A stretch of 64,000 nucleotides of DNA from the human T2T-CHM13v2.0 reference genome, Homo sapiens (GCF_009914755.1 NC_060926.1), one strand, 5' to 3'. Shown: positions 12,521-32,200, numbered from the stretch's first letter. Notes: generated by a model from the sequence alone, not told the origin. Numbers and translations: made by a program.

Positions 12521-13679
12521 TAGTTCTTGTTAATAAATTGACTTTTTACCATTCTTTCTTGATTGAAATAAAAAGAAATAAACCGGGACTGTTCCAGGCA
12601 AAAGGGGATATTGTACTGGGGCTCTTTAAGGCTCAACAAACCCTCTGACCTTGTAGGAGCTTGCAGGGTCATTGTCTTCTGAGCATTTGCCATCAAAGGG
12701 CAAATGGCAAGATTGAATGAACTCATGCCACAGATTACAAAGAAAACCAGGGAATTGAGGAATTATTAAAGAGAGATGAAAGAGACAACAAAGAGCCTGT
12801 TTGCTGCTTTTGTTGGCTCAGTCTCCGAGTACTTTTACTCCTGAAAATCTGGTCAGAGAAATTCCAGCCAGTGACATAGAAGCTCCCAGTTCACTCATAC
12901 CCCAGATTCATGGAGTTGCTCCTTGGCCAACTCTAACCCTCGGCCACACCTGGAAGGGGAATTTGCAAAATCTATTCCCAGACTTAGAAGAGACAGTTGA
13001 AGTGCCAAGTTAACAGGTAACCCAGTGAAAGCATGCATTTGAATCCCTGACAGCATGCATGTTCATCCAATAAGAGGTAAACAGGGACTCTTTCTCCAAT
13101 ATTTACATTTTATCATTCCAAGTCATCCACTCCATTGAGTAACTATGATCAAAATATTGGAAAGATTGGTGGTGAATGTACTACCTCTAACACTGTTGTT
13201 TCTTCTAATTAAAAGATTAATTTATCTGAAGGAATATTTTGGTTACTCAAATTATCAGAGAAGGGTATTTTGAGTTGAGGAAGTCAAGTTTTCTTGTTAG
13301 AGGTCCTCACTTCCACATTCATATCAGGAGGCCCCATTATTACAATGACTGTAGCATCTCTAACTTTCAGCCTTGAACGTTATGGCTCCCACACCACCAT
13401 GTAGCTCTCCAGTCCACGTTCAGTAGAATGTCTACCAGGAAAACAATCACAGCCTGTGAAGACCTCTGATACTTTGTCCCCACATATGCAACGCCTACTG
13501 TCCACTTCTCTCTCTGCAGTGCTTAAATGAGTCCATTTTTCATTTAACACATTGAATAGGACTTTCTATAATGTATCACTTTTCTTTGTTCTTGATAAAG
13601 TTGTTCTATATGTAATCTCACCTGTTACAAAAATCTTAGACCATTATTGTGAACATTAGTGTATTGTGCTTTAATATTT

Positions 13680-13900
13680 TATAATAATAGCTAATATTTA
13701 TTGAATGATCTTTATCTTCCAGGAATGGTGCTAAGTACTTTATATTAATTAATAATTTATTGTTCATAAAGCTCTATGATGTAAATACTATGATTATTTC
13801 AATTTTCCAGATGAGAAAACTGAGTCTCAGCAAAGGTTAAGTACACCAAAAAAATATAGGGTTAGAAAGTGTTTACCTAGAAACTGAACTCAGATGTATC
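13680..13900 (-). mobile_element. MIR SINE
   Basis: ataataatagctaatatttattgaatg...gtgctaagtacttta...ttttccagatgagaaaactgagtctcag...aaggttaagt. Confidence 0.8.
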
Positions 13901-14039
13901 AGTCTGTAAAAATAGGTTTTTCCACTTTTACATTCCACTGTATTATATAAATTTGGCTGCATGTATACTAAATTACTTCAAACTGGCAATACTTGGAGTT
14001 CTATTGCCTTTTATTTTTAAAAATATGTTTTAGTAAAGA

Positions 14040-15630
14040 GAATTTCTGTGTACTCTTCATCCAGTTTCTTCTTCTTCATCCAGTTTCTACTCTATATTTG
14101 AAGCAATTAAGGAACCATATTGATATGTTATTAACAACCAAAGTTCACGCTTTGTGTTTCCTTCATTTTTACTTAAAGTTATCTTTTTGGTTCCAGAATT
14201 GCATCCAGAATCCCATATTTCATTTGGTCATCATGTCTGTCTCCCTAGGTTCCTCTTGCTGTGGCAGTTTCTCGGACTTTCCTTGCTCTTGATGACCTTG
14301 ACAGATTTGATCTGGTCAGGTATTTAGGAGAATGTCTCTCAATCTGGATTTGTCTGACATTTCTCTCAAAGCTAGACTGGAGGGCTATATTTTGGAGAGG
14401 AAGACCATAGAGGTAAATTTCAACACTCATAATATCCTATCAAAGGTAAGTGCCATCAACATGATTTAGGGCTATTGATGTTGGGCTTGATCACCTGACT
14501 GAGGTAGTGTTGGCCAAGTTGCTCCTCTATAAGGGTCTTTCCCCTCATCCCTTTTTGTACTGTACTCTTTGGAAGGAAGTCACTGTCACCAGCCCATACT
14601 TAAGTGGTGGTAATTTATGCTCCAACTCCTTGAGGGTAGAGTGTCTACATAATTTATTTGAAATTCGTCTGTGAGGCAGATTTGTTCCTTCTCTCACTGC
14701 TCCGGGCTGAATGTCCCCTCTAAAACCCATGTTGAGGTTTAATTGCCATTGTAACAGTATAAAGAGGCAGAACCTTTATGAGGGAATCAAGTCATCATGG
14801 CTGCACTCTCATGAAGTAATTAATACCATTTCCTGGAGAATGGGATAGTAATTTCAGGAGTGGTCTCCTAATGTTTGCCGCCCTTCCTCACTGTCTCTCT
14901 CCCCCCTGCTTCCTCACTGTCTGTCTCCCATGCTCACTCCTGCTTGGTTTCTTACCATGGGATGACTGTCACCATATGCTAGTGTCTTGCTCTTGGACTT
15001 TCCAGTCTCCAGAACAGTGAGAAATATATATTTATCCTTTTATAAATTACCTAGTCTTTAGTATTCAATAATAACATCAGAAAACAGGCTAAGAAATCTT
15101 TTTTATTTACATATTCAATCATTTATTTATATCAGTGTGAACTCATGAATATTTATTTTATACTTTGGGTTTTAATCCAATACTCTTATTTATTTTGCTG
15201 CTCAAAGTTTTTCAGCTTTCATCCTTGGGAGCTCTAGCAGGTTGACACCTTTGTCCCTTTAACATGTCCACATAATTGTGCTGTTTCAGCAGTTCCTTTC
15301 TTTCTGGAACTAAAAGATGCTTTGGGATCATGTTATGTATTTCCTGTAGAGCCCTGAAATTGGTAACTTATCCAAGGATCCCTGGATTCTTTTATAGGAG
15401 AATAGTATTAGAAACCAAGATCTGCATTTGGGGTGAGCTTATTGCTGCTGGGTGTCACTGCTACTATCTTAGCAGACAGAGCTAGGAAATATATGTATGT
15501 ATACTAACTGATAAATGCACACATATATACACTTATTTCTGTATCTATCCATCTGTTTCTATATTAAGTTAAACACGAGATCATACTGATGTCTCTAAAT
15601 CTAACTCAGTACCACATGGTTCATTCTATT
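14040..15630 (-). mobile_element. L1MC4-like 3' region interrupted by an MST LTR
   Basis: cttgatgaccttgacag...ggtcaggtatt...tgatcacctgactgaggtagtg and gaaaccaagatctgcatttggggtgagcttattgctgctgg are typical of the antisense L1MC 3' end. Confidence 0.7.
14698..15095 (+). mobile_element. MSTC/MSTD-like MaLR solo LTR
   Basis: tgctccgggctgaatgtcccctctaaaacccatgttg...cttggacttt ccagtctccagaacagtgag...tataaattacc...gaaaacaggctaaga. Confidence 0.8.
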
Positions 15631-15707
15631 TCTCAGTTTCATTTTAGAATATATTTTCTGTCTTCTATCTTGCTAGCTATTTAGTTTTCTCTCATTAGAA
15701 TACTTAC

Positions 15708-15743
15708 CTATCCCAGCTCACTTTTCGTCTTTCCATCATACAG
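15708..15743 (-). other. Candidate micro-exon (36 nt), minus strand
   Basis: Minus strand: tattgtcttattctaaag|CTGTATGATG...GGGATAG|gtaagt. Confidence 0.3.
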
Positions 15744-16431
15744 CTTTAGAATAAGACAATATTTTTGTTTGAATTTTGTGAAAAATAAATTTGACTCCAA
15801 GTGAGAGTTGGAAAAACCTTCTTATGATTACAAGTTTAAAGATAAAAGAGTTTTAGAGTCTCGTGGGGCCATTTGGAGAACTTTGATGTTTGCATTTATG
15901 TCCTCAGCTGAATTCCAAATAGGCGAAGTTGTTAGGGAGCTGGCTATAGTCAAGTGGACTACTACTGCTGCTGGGAGGTTTGGTTTAACTGATAGGGAGT
16001 TCCTTACTATTAGAGGTTTTATTGCGTTTCCCAGGTTTTCTGTTTAAGTATGAGATTATCACTCCTCAATAAATTATTTACAGCTCCTTGAAATGATTTC
16101 TACAGAACTTGTAGACATACATGAATATTAATCAGCCTTTAAAAATTTTATTTATTGTGTATGTTATGGAAAATATTAAGCCTGTAAAGGTTCTTTGTCT
16201 AAGGCTTGAGACAATCATCATTATTCATATGTAATTTTTTAAACTCTATAAAAAATGTGTGAATAATTTCTAGACGACTGTTAGGTGAAAAATACTTCAT
16301 GGAACCATAGTATGAGCAAATATCTGAAGCCAGGTATATCTAGAACCACGGGAGTTGGGATATAGCGTGAGCAAAGAAGGAGAGGGGGTAGGTTTTTTCC
16401 AGTCAGGGGTACAGATAGCTGTAGCAACTTT

Positions 16432-16670
16432 GTTTGTTTGCTTTTATTTTTTATTTTTTTAAATTTTACTTTAATTTCTAGGATACACGTGCAGAATGTG
16501 CAGGTTTGTTACATAGGTATACATGTGCCATGGTGGTTTGCTGCACCTGTCAACCCATCAACTAGGTTTTAAGCCCTGCATGCAATAGGTATTTGCCCTA
16601 ATGCTCTCCCTCCCCTTACCTCTCTACCCCCTACAGGCTTTGATGTGTGATGTTCCCCTCCCTGTGTCAA
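16432..16670 (-). mobile_element. Short L1PA8-like 3' fragment
   Basis: T-rich tail, then ggatacacgtgcagaatgtgcagg...ctaggttttaagccctgcatgc; TSD tagcaacttt at 16422-16431 and 16674-16683. Confidence 0.92.
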
Positions 16671-17962
16671 TCATAGCAACTTTTATGTGGTTTCCAAGGG
16701 TGAGGTTAGGGCAGAGTCTGAAGGACTCAAATACACAGCCTGGAAAAGTACCCTTTTCTTGAATTCCTAGGTCAGGATGTCATTAGTCAGACTACCATAA
16801 ATAAAGTTTTAGGTGAGCTATATTTTAAGTATTCAGCACAATTTTTCTGTATACTTGTCAGGCAACATATCGTCATTTGGGGTCTGAAGTGAATACTGTA
16901 AGCTGATCTCATACATAGACTTCCTGGATACATTTTGAGTTGGAAGAAATATTGCTTCTTATTTCTTACTTCAGGGAGTTCTAAATATTTGTTCTTCCAC
17001 TGGTTAAGTGGGCAGAGGTTGCTAAAAGGATTAGAGAAAGGAAACTATAAGAACTGTGCATTTTAAAGATGACAAATAACTTTGCCATCCTCATAAATAT
17101 GGTACATTTCTGGTTACTCTCAAAGCTCACAAAGTGATAGCAAAGGGATCAAAAGAAGGCAAAAGCCTAAGGAAGTATGACCAACCCAACAGAATCAAGG
17201 ATTATAGCAACAATATTTTGGAAGCAGGAAACCTTGAATTTAGCTTTTGAGGGTCAAGGATTTTCAGGCATATGAGAATAACCCCTAATATAAAAAAAGA
17301 AGAAGAAACCAAACAAAAGACAAACTAAGAAACTTGGAGAGAATAAAAGTTATAGAAAAAAATAGAAAAACCTGATATTTTCAGGACAATAAGAGAAGAT
17401 AAGAATGAGAGTTTATATGAGAAGGAAGGAGATTCAGAGCCAAAATATCCCTTCATATTAAAATGTGATGGGATGTACAAACATTCCAATAGAAGGACTG
17501 AGACATAATCTTGTGAAAATTTCCTAGAAAGTAGAACAACAATAAAGAAAAGATGGAAGAGAAAAATGGGTAAGAGTATGAGAGAATCCATTCAGTAGAC
17601 CAACATCTGAATAATAGGAGACCCACAAAAAGAGAATTGGGACATTATCACAGAACTAAAGTTAGAGTCCATCCACAGCAGCAGGACATGGATTGACAGA
17701 TGGAGAAACTTCAGTGAGAGCCCACATTGGTGGTCACAAAGGAACACTTAATCCTGAAATCGCAAAACACAGGCGAAGGTGTGGGGGGAGGTTACATCAG
17801 TAGTGTAAGAAACCTGAAGTCTGGTGAGCTTTTACGTAGCAGCAGTCTCTGTGAGAACACAACAGGAAATGCTTTCAAATTCTGAGGAAAAGTAGTTTCC
17901 AACCCAGAATTCTATGTTCAGTTAAACAAATAATAAAGTATGAAAGCATAAATAGAAAAAAT

Positions 17963-17993
17963 ATAGATAGATAGATAGATGATAGATAGATAG
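17963..17993. repeat. (GATA)n microsatellite
   Basis: atagatagatagatagatgatagatagatag. Confidence 0.9.
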
Positions 17994-18002
17994 GCATACA
18001 TG

Positions 18003-18456
18003 GTGTGATGGATTCCACTAAAATTACATACTACTCTCTACTCCCTCATCTTCCTTATTAACAGCATCACAATGTTGCTTATCACAGAAGAGTGCTCAGA
18101 AAGTAAGCATCGTAACATGCAGGAGTATTTATGTGACATAAATCCAGTCAATATGATATATGTGGAATTCTGCTGGAAAGGTTTTGTTTCTCCTATTTAA
18201 AAATACAGGTATGTAAGGAGAAGTTTTTGTTCCCCTCTTTCTTCTTGGAGTGCAGATGTGAACTTAGAAGTAACACCAAGGGTGATGTAAAGCAAGAATG
18301 GAATGGACTTGAGACCTTAGTGACCACACCAGACCTGAATTTCCTGCCTTCATGCTTCTCGCCATGTGGAAACAAAAATAAAAGCAGAACTCTTTGGCTA
18401 TGCCACGAAGGTTAGATTATCAGTTACAATCAGCCTAGCGTGACCCTAATGCATAT
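18003..18456 (+). mobile_element. Old MLT1 (I/J/K-like) LTR remnant
   Basis: ggaattctgctggaaaggttttgtttctcct...cagttacaatcagcctagcgtgaccctaatgcata resembles an old MLT1 LTR body and terminus. Confidence 0.45.
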
Positions 18457-21400
18457 GTCTCAATAATTTACCTCCCACATGGCATTCTTTCTTATAAAGC
18501 TGCTAAGGGATGGGCTCCACCGCAATTTAAGTGATAAACCAACATAGAAATGGTTTAGGGGATTTAACTCAGGTTGCAAGAGAAGGGACCTGCCAGCACA
18601 GTAATGAGTGGGACTCCCTGGTTAAGTGCAATGAAACAGGACGAGGGGGAAACTGGCCCATGTAGGATCAGTAGGGCCAAGGGCTATAGAAGGGATGTTT
18701 CAAGAAAAGGAGGGCATGCAGACATTGCATGATGGAGACTGTCCTTCTAATACAGTTTGAACCTAAATTAGAAATTGGAACAAATTATGTAACAACCAAA
18801 TAAGACAACAGAGAAAACAAACAAAAATATCGTACAAGAAGAGAATGCAATCGTTATACCCATAAGTCTCCACTGTGACTATCACCTGTGTGATCACAAT
18901 TAAGGAAACACTGATATTTTCTCTCAAAACTGTAATATAACTGGGTTTGGAGTTTGGGTGTAGGAGAATTGCTGGTGTATGTAGAATGCGGGCAACAAAT
19001 CTAAATTCTGAACTTACAAAATGGAAATTCACTAGACACTATCCCAACCAGAAACAAAGAGAAACAATAATACGCAAATCTCATTCAGAGATATAGAAGC
19101 AACTATCAGAATAATAGCTAAATATCAGAATCAATATTTGAAAGTGGCTGCTTCTAAAGATGGACCACATGATGGAGGACTGCTATTTTTCTCCCTTGTA
19201 GAATGGTTTGATTTTTTAACCTAAGTGAATGTGTAATTTTCATAAAGCCAAAAACAAAGAAATATATTTTGCAAGTGATGAAGTTAGATTTATACTAATA
19301 CCCTGAGTAGTTTCTTGAAAACATGTAAGGGTTGTTTTCTTCTCCATGGTTTACATCAATCTCTAATTCCCATTTCTTTCATTTTAGCATAATATTTCCA
19401 GCCTAGTGATAAATAGTAAGAATGAAATTAAAGAAACAGAAAGAAAATATTAGATTTCAATAGTGTGGTTTTTCTGACCTAAAATATGTGCCATTTTTGA
19501 AGCATAATAAATATGTGCAATTATGGAATATGCACTTCTATGGAAAATGACTACAGGATTGCTTGCTTACTTGTAGGAAAGAGTCCCATTGAGATGCATG
19601 CAAACAACAAAATTCATACACATTCTCAGTATAAAATACTGCAGGAATGACTTTCATGTTATTTTTTCCCAAATTTCTCCATTTTAAACAAGCTTTATTA
19701 ATTTTGCTTGTTGCACAATTGGGGTGTCCACAGGGCTGCATTCATTTCTGAGGACTCTGGGATGAGTTCGTTTCCAAGCTCCTTGCTGGCTGAATGAACG
19801 CCCTTACCATTCCAAGGCTGAGGCTCCTGTCTCTGCATCGGGTCCATCTCTGCTCCTAGAGGTTTCCAGACTCCACAGGCTTTTTGTGGGACTCCCAGCC
19901 TGATGCTTCACTCGGGCCATGTGCTCATTGGGACCAATGACTGGCTGAGGTGCTTACGTCATTCCAATTATTTCCCGTCTCTCCTTTTACTAAGTAGTGG
20001 ATGATACATGAAAGCCTGCAAGTTAATCATGCATATGATATGAATCTACTATGTAGATAAAAACAATTTAGAATTATGAGACTCTCATAGCTGCCTACAG
20101 GACGTCACTAAAGCAAAGTGATGTTAAATGTCTTTCTCTATTTCCCAATAAATGAACATTCTAATTACAAATAATTACACAAATATAAAGGAATTCTTTA
20201 AGTATGCTCAAACTGGGTTAAGGATACCATTTTTAAACTTCTTAATCCAAATCCAAAACTCTTCTTTGCATTTGTGTACTTGTTGCCATTTCATTCTCTA
20301 AAGTAATCTTCATCCCACAGATTCGCAGTGGCTCTCCAGCTTGTCAGTGAACCCTGGCACTGGGTTGGACTACAGCTATTACTATACAGATGGCAAACTG
20401 TTAGCATGTGAAAGACAAATGGAAATGAATATTAAAAGTGACAGAAATCAAATATTCACCTGGACCACCATTAAGTACCTCTTCTTCCTCTAATTATGTA
20501 ACTTAGAAGTAGCACAAAGGCAGGCCTTCTGTGAAAGATGATTTTCAGAATAATGTTTTAACCTTGGGAGAGAGCCCCTGTCCAATCTCCTATACCCTAG
20601 ATTTCAAGGCCAATTACATTCTGCTGTAAGCCACTATTTTTTCACCTATTCCATTTTATCAAAGTATAGTGTATTGGAAAGGGAAAACAAATCTGGAGAA
20701 ATCAAGCCTATATCCAGAATACAAAGGAGCAACTGAGTGACCAATGGAGGCAAGCCGCCAAGCAGGTTCATATGAAGGCTCGTCAGACGTAAGTTCCTCC
20801 CTATGTGCCCACCCTAACTTTGGTCATTCCACAATTCTAGATTAATTCTTTGACGACTTCATTTTTAAAATCCAGGTGCCAACTTTTACACTGTAAATGT
20901 CCCTAGACGGAGCCTCACTCTATGATAACGTCATTAGAAGATGAACCTCAGGAGTGATTCGTCACTAGCTAAGAAATATTAAATTACTCTGGGAGCAAGA
21001 TGGGGCTTCGGAGGCTTGCTGAGGCAAATATCTGGGAGTAGGGATCAAAGTGAATTCTTTCCCCTTCACAGTTTTATATAGGGCTAGCCCTACATATGTC
21101 ATCCTGAAACAATGATCAAGTAGAACTTTGAGCACTTGGGCAAATGTTTTCCTCTTTATTTTCCCACTCGGAATGCTCAGTTATTTCTGGAATGACACCA
21201 TCCACTGTCTAATGTGAATGGAGGTCAGATTATCAATTAAAGACAAAGCCCTAATTCGTGGGGGAAATATTATTTAGTGAATATTTAATTACTTTAGAAT
21301 TTCCAAATTCCTGAAATCATTTAACGCTTTTTGAAATGGTGAAAAACTAAGGTCAGGATTTTATCATAGCTCAATAAATGATTTTGGCCTTGGCTAAATT

Positions 21401-21486
21401 TTTACAATTCACCATTTATACTGAAACTAGTGAAACAAACAGTATCACGGTGCAGAAAATCCCAAATTCAATTTTACTTCAAAATA

Positions 21487-21843
21487 CAGACCTACAAACC
21501 CTTGCCCCAAACCCTTTGTATCAGATGTGTGTCAAATTCAGACTTATTTTTCAGATCTTAGAAAAGTTATAGGGTGCATGTGCTATACATTATGACACCC
21601 TGGAAGGTCTAGGACAGCTTCTGGTGATCAAACACCCCCTACTGCTGCCCTAAACTGTGTGGCTAACCAGAAGAAGAAGCTTAAATAAAGACAGTGGTGC
21701 TCCATCTGTGGGGCGGGCCTGGCTGTCTCATAACTTTAGGGCAGGGCAGGTTTGCCCCCATATGAGTAACTAAACAAATACTCAAAACATGGTTTTTCAG
21801 GTGTTTTGGACTTCTGAATCACAGACGGCAGATTGCAGACCTA
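21487..21843. mobile_element. TcMar/Tigger-like non-autonomous DNA transposon fossil
   Basis: Left end ta-cagacctacaaaccctt and right end gattgcagacct form a degenerate terminal inverted repeat; subterminal gtttttcaggtgttttggacttctgaat. Confidence 0.5.
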
Positions 21844-21958
21844 CACTTTTATTATCACTATGTATGGGAGAGCACTTAAAAATTAAAGTAATGTGTGTAT
21901 TCATGAGCTTCCTGAAACAGTTCTAAAGGAGAGGAGGATGCAGAGCAGATGAAATCAA

Positions 21959-21995
21959 GCACATGCACACACACATGCACACACACACACACACA
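21959..21995. repeat. (CA)n microsatellite, interrupted
   Basis: gcacatgcacacacacatgcacacacacacacacaca. Confidence 0.9.
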
Positions 21996-23182
21996 ACATT
22001 GGTCCTATAAGGACTGTTACTCAAAGGACAATGACCAAAGCAACCTAGGAGAAGCAGGTGAGTTCGTGGAGTGAGAATAATTATAAAATGTAAAAAAATC
22101 AACTAAATACACTCTAGTTGTGCCAGTTCATATAGGAAAAAAAAAAAGAGTAACTTTGTGAAAACCACCTTAGAAAAATAAAGTATATTTAAGAATATTC
22201 ACAATTATTGACCAAAATTAATGGTACCGTAACAAAAGAAAAATAGTACAATGGTCAGTCTATAAATAGGAAGGCTGTAATGGGGTATAGTCACATAAAT
22301 CAATTGATGCTAGAGTTGTGTTGGTGTCTCCCAGAACCTGCTGTTTCTAGATCAAACCAGTACAGACAAAAGCAAAACAAATAAACAAACAAACAAGGGC
22401 AGGGCTTTTAGATCATGTAGTTTTTTGTTTATAAAAAAATCAAAAAATTATTGGGAAGAAGTAATTATAGGGGAAGAGAGGGAAGCAAAACTACTTCCCT
22501 TCACAAAACTTTTGTGAATAAAATTGTCAATTTCTACATCAAACTATTTGTTAAGTATCAGCTGACTTGGTGATCATAGACCATAGGAAAGAAGAAAACA
22601 AACAAAAAAATCCCTAAGTAATTACAGACAAAAAGTTATAGACAGGATGTCTGGGCTGCGATGGACCTTTTGGATTTTAGGCTTGAGAGTGAATGAAGCT
22701 TACCAGGTTTATGCACCAAGATCTATCTTGTGCTTATTATTAGGGGGTTCAACTCAAGACTTGTCATTTCACAGAGGTCTGAGTCATATACAAACATGAA
22801 CATCAAAATTTAAAGCAACAACTGAGCTCCCGTGAGTTTAGAGGCTTTGGCTTTGGCCCAATCCTGTGGCTTCTACTCCGCTTTTAAACTATTTTTAACT
22901 CTGTTATAAAAGACAGTGCACTAGGAAGCAATGCTGCAAGCGAGGGTCCGCTTAAAATACTAAAGGAAGTGCTAGACATGCCATCTGGAAAATCCAAAGG
23001 GCAAAAAGAAAAGAGAGAACGACAAAGGAATGGGAAGTGGGTAGTAGACCTGCAGTACGGAGATGGGACAGGTGGCCAGGGGAATATGGGATGATAAACA
23101 CCTTCAATCATTGAACTTCTCATAAAGAAAGACACTGTGCTAATAATACATGCAAAAGGAAGTCAGACAAAAGAGAACTTTT

Positions 23183-23237
23183 TCTCTCTCTCTCTCTCTC
23201 CGTCTCTGTCTTTCTCTCTCTCTCTCACACACACACA
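23183..23237. repeat. Compound (TC)n(CA)n microsatellite
   Basis: Directly visible. Confidence 0.9.
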
Positions 23238-23549
23238 TAACAATACTGTATGTGGCTTGACTTTATGTAGGAAGTAGGTACTCACTGGCAAAGAAATTCT
23301 CATTACTGCCATAACGAAATTTTCATGCTTCTGGGATGTATGTGATTCAGACTAGTCTGCAAATTACTTAAATAATTTTACCTATCAACGTTGGGTCTGT
23401 CACTCATATAAAGGGAAAGCAAAACCATATCATCTGGTGCACTTTACAGCTCAATGTCACCTGCCATATTTTCAATCATCTTGCATGCACAATTGGCAGT
23501 AGGCTATTAGAAGCAACCCTCCAAAAAGAAATCCTATTTTTTATTAAAA

Positions 23550-24512
23550 AAACTTTATTTTTTAGAGTAGTTTTAGGTTCAGAGCAAAATTGAGAAGCAG
23601 ATACAGATATAACCCATATACTCTCATCCCCTCCCCATTATCAACGTGTCCCACCAAGAAGGCTCACTTGTTGCTATCAATGAACCCAAATTGACTGAGT
23701 CCCAAGTTCACTTTAGGGTTCATTCTTGGTGTTGTACATTCTGTGGGTTTAGACAAATGTATGGTGACATGTACTGACATGTTTGGTTGTGTCCCTACCC
23801 AAATCTCATATTGAATTGTAGCTCCCATAATTCCCATGTGTCATGGAAGGGACCCAGTGGGAGGTAACTGAATCATGGGGGCAGGTCTTTACCATGCTGT
23901 TCTTGTGGTAGTGAATAAGTCTCACAAGATCTGATGGTTTTATAAAGGGGAGCCTCCCTGCACTCTCCTGTTGCCATGTAAGATGTCTTTGCTCCTCATT
24001 CGCCTCCCACCACGTTTGTGAGGCCTCCCCAACCATGTGGAACTGTGGGTCCCTTAAACCTCTTTCCTTTATAAATTACCCAGTCTTGGGTATGTCTTTA
24101 TTAGCAACATGAGAACAGACTAATACATGTATCCACCATTGTAGTGTCATACTGAATATTTTCACTGCCCTAAAAATTCTTAGCCGTTAACCCAACCCTA
24201 AAGAAACACTGAGTGTTTTACTGTCTCCACAGTTTTGCCTTTCCCACAATACTGTATAGTTGGAATGAGATAGTATTGTAGCTTTCTTAGTTGGGCTTCT
24301 TTCACTTGGTAATACGCATCTTAGGATCCTCCATGTTTTTTCATGGCTCGACAGCTTATTTCATTTTACTGCTGAATAATATTGCCTTGTCTGGATGCAT
24401 CACAGTTTGTTTATCCATTCACCTACTGAAGGACGTCTTGGTTGCTTCTAAGTTTTAGAAATTATGAACAAAGCTGCCTTAAATGTCCATGTGCAGCTTT
24501 TGTGGGAACATA
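23550..24512 (-). mobile_element. L1MC1-like 3' end interrupted by a THE1 LTR
   Basis: tttagagtagttttaggttcagagcaaaattgag...ttagggttcattcttggtgttgtacattct...ttcactgccctaaaaatt. Confidence 0.8.
23775..24127 (+). mobile_element. THE1-family solo LTR
   Basis: tgacatgtttggttgtgtccctacccaaatctc...gagaacagactaataca; TSD tgtac/tgtat at 23770-23774 and 24128-24132. Confidence 0.93.
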
Positions 24513-25136
24513 TCCTATCCTATGTTAATTTCATTTTCCTTTGATTTGGGTAAAGTCCTAAGCAAGTAACAAGGCTTTTCACCGAGTCCTGAAGTTTAAA
24601 GTAAGCCCCGTGTCAACAGTAGTCTTCTGATTACTAGGCAAACAGCATCACAACCTCCTGATTTTTGATAGGTCGTGAAAACTCAGATGGGTAGCACAAA
24701 CTTTTTCAAATCTTTCAGAATTTTTTCATACTTCACTGTATTATAACTTGGATCAAATAAAATAACTGTTTGCAATATCAGAAATCAAATATTATTATCT
24801 GGAAGGATTCTGGCATTACAATCAGTATTTCAGGTGAACCATAGACCTAGACAAAATATCAGATATAAAAAGATAAAAATCAGTGCCAATAAAGCCATTA
24901 AAGCCAAAGTCATATTTTATGTTATTTTGCACACATATGTGAATATATATTACTGAAATCTTAAATATTAAGGTAAAATTTTAGTTTTTTGTAACACTTT
25001 CAACACTAGATTTTGGAGCCATTGAAAATAGGTAAGGTTGACAACAGGAGGCTGAACTCCTGTGCTGCTCTTCAAATGAGGATAATTCCAAGGCAGTATT
25101 ATATTCTATAACTGAATGAGAAGATTTTTGTTCTTT

Positions 25137-31288
<6,152 letters not shown>

Positions 31289-32108
31289 ATAACATTTTGT
31301 TCTTTAAAGGCCTAGAGAAGGATTGGAAATGAAGAAATGAGAACATGAACTAAATGTATTAAGAGACTTTATGTTTAGGTAAATGAAATTAATGTTTGTT
31401 GACCAATCCCCTAAAATGAGCAAAACCTGAGCCAGCTCCACCTGTGGACAGGTGTGAGTACACTGCCCTTAGGAGCTTCCACACTGGAATATGCAGGTAA
31501 TTCCATGATGCACAACAGAGGCTAGCAGACATGCAATGCTATCCACCCTCTGGCAGAGAAGATAGACAGATGGTAACCAATATTTACAGGGAACTTTCCA
31601 GTACACTTTCCCATACACACATTGTCCACCCTCTGCCCCACAGCAACTCTGTTAGGTAAATACCTTGGGTATAGGCATTTTACAGATTAAAAACTGACAT
31701 TTATGAAGGTTATATAACTAGTATAAAGTCACCCTGAGAGAAACTAAAAGAGCTGATATTAGAGCTCAGGCTTCAGTCTCAGTGTTGAGTTGGTTCTTGG
31801 TAACAGGCTCACTGTTGCCAGCACCAGCCATTCTGTTAGGATTGGAGGCAGAGCGCTTGGTGGGAAGGAGCGTGGGACACAAGAGCAGCCAGACGCCCAC
31901 TACCCAGTCCACCTGGCAAGGGCTCTCCTTACCACGCACCATGCACTTTCCACTAAAAATGGTGCCTCTCCCAAAAGGGAAACAGAAGGGGTGGGAGGTG
32001 CCCACCGATTTCAGAGTAAAACCAGGGGGAGGGGAGTATAATTATATTACACTTCACATGACTAGAATGGAACTTGAGATTTTTCTCCTAAAAGCTGGTC
32101 CTCTTCTG

Positions 32109-32200
32109 CAGTGCTGCTCAAAATCTGGTTGTCAGGCCAGCAACTCAGTGTCACCTGGAATGCACTGGAAATTCAGGCTTCCAGGCCCATCCAGGTTCCA
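32109..32200. mobile_element. MER5-like hAT-Charlie DNA transposon fragment
   Basis: cagtgctgctcaaaatctgg...ccagcaactcagtgtcacctggaa...gaaattcaggcttccaggccc. Confidence 0.55.

Larger units (their letters stand above)
17050..19260 (+). mobile_element. Highly decayed HAL1/L1M-like element (ORF1-like region), interrupted by an LTR
   Basis: A-rich; gctttcaaattctgaggaaaagtagtttccaacccagaattctatg and aatttacctcccacatggcattctttctt...gctccacc resemble HAL1/L1M ORF1 motifs. Confidence 0.5.

Noticed and set aside
15808-16047. 79-aa ORF with G/T skew, considered as a NUMT or processed pseudogene
   Set aside because: Neither strand translates to anything I recognise; non-ATG start; no poly(A) or TSD.
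19571-22790. Isolated strong splice donors (minus ~19570 and ~22703; plus ~22058)
   Set aside because: No convincing paired acceptor; such motifs are expected by chance in 64 kb.
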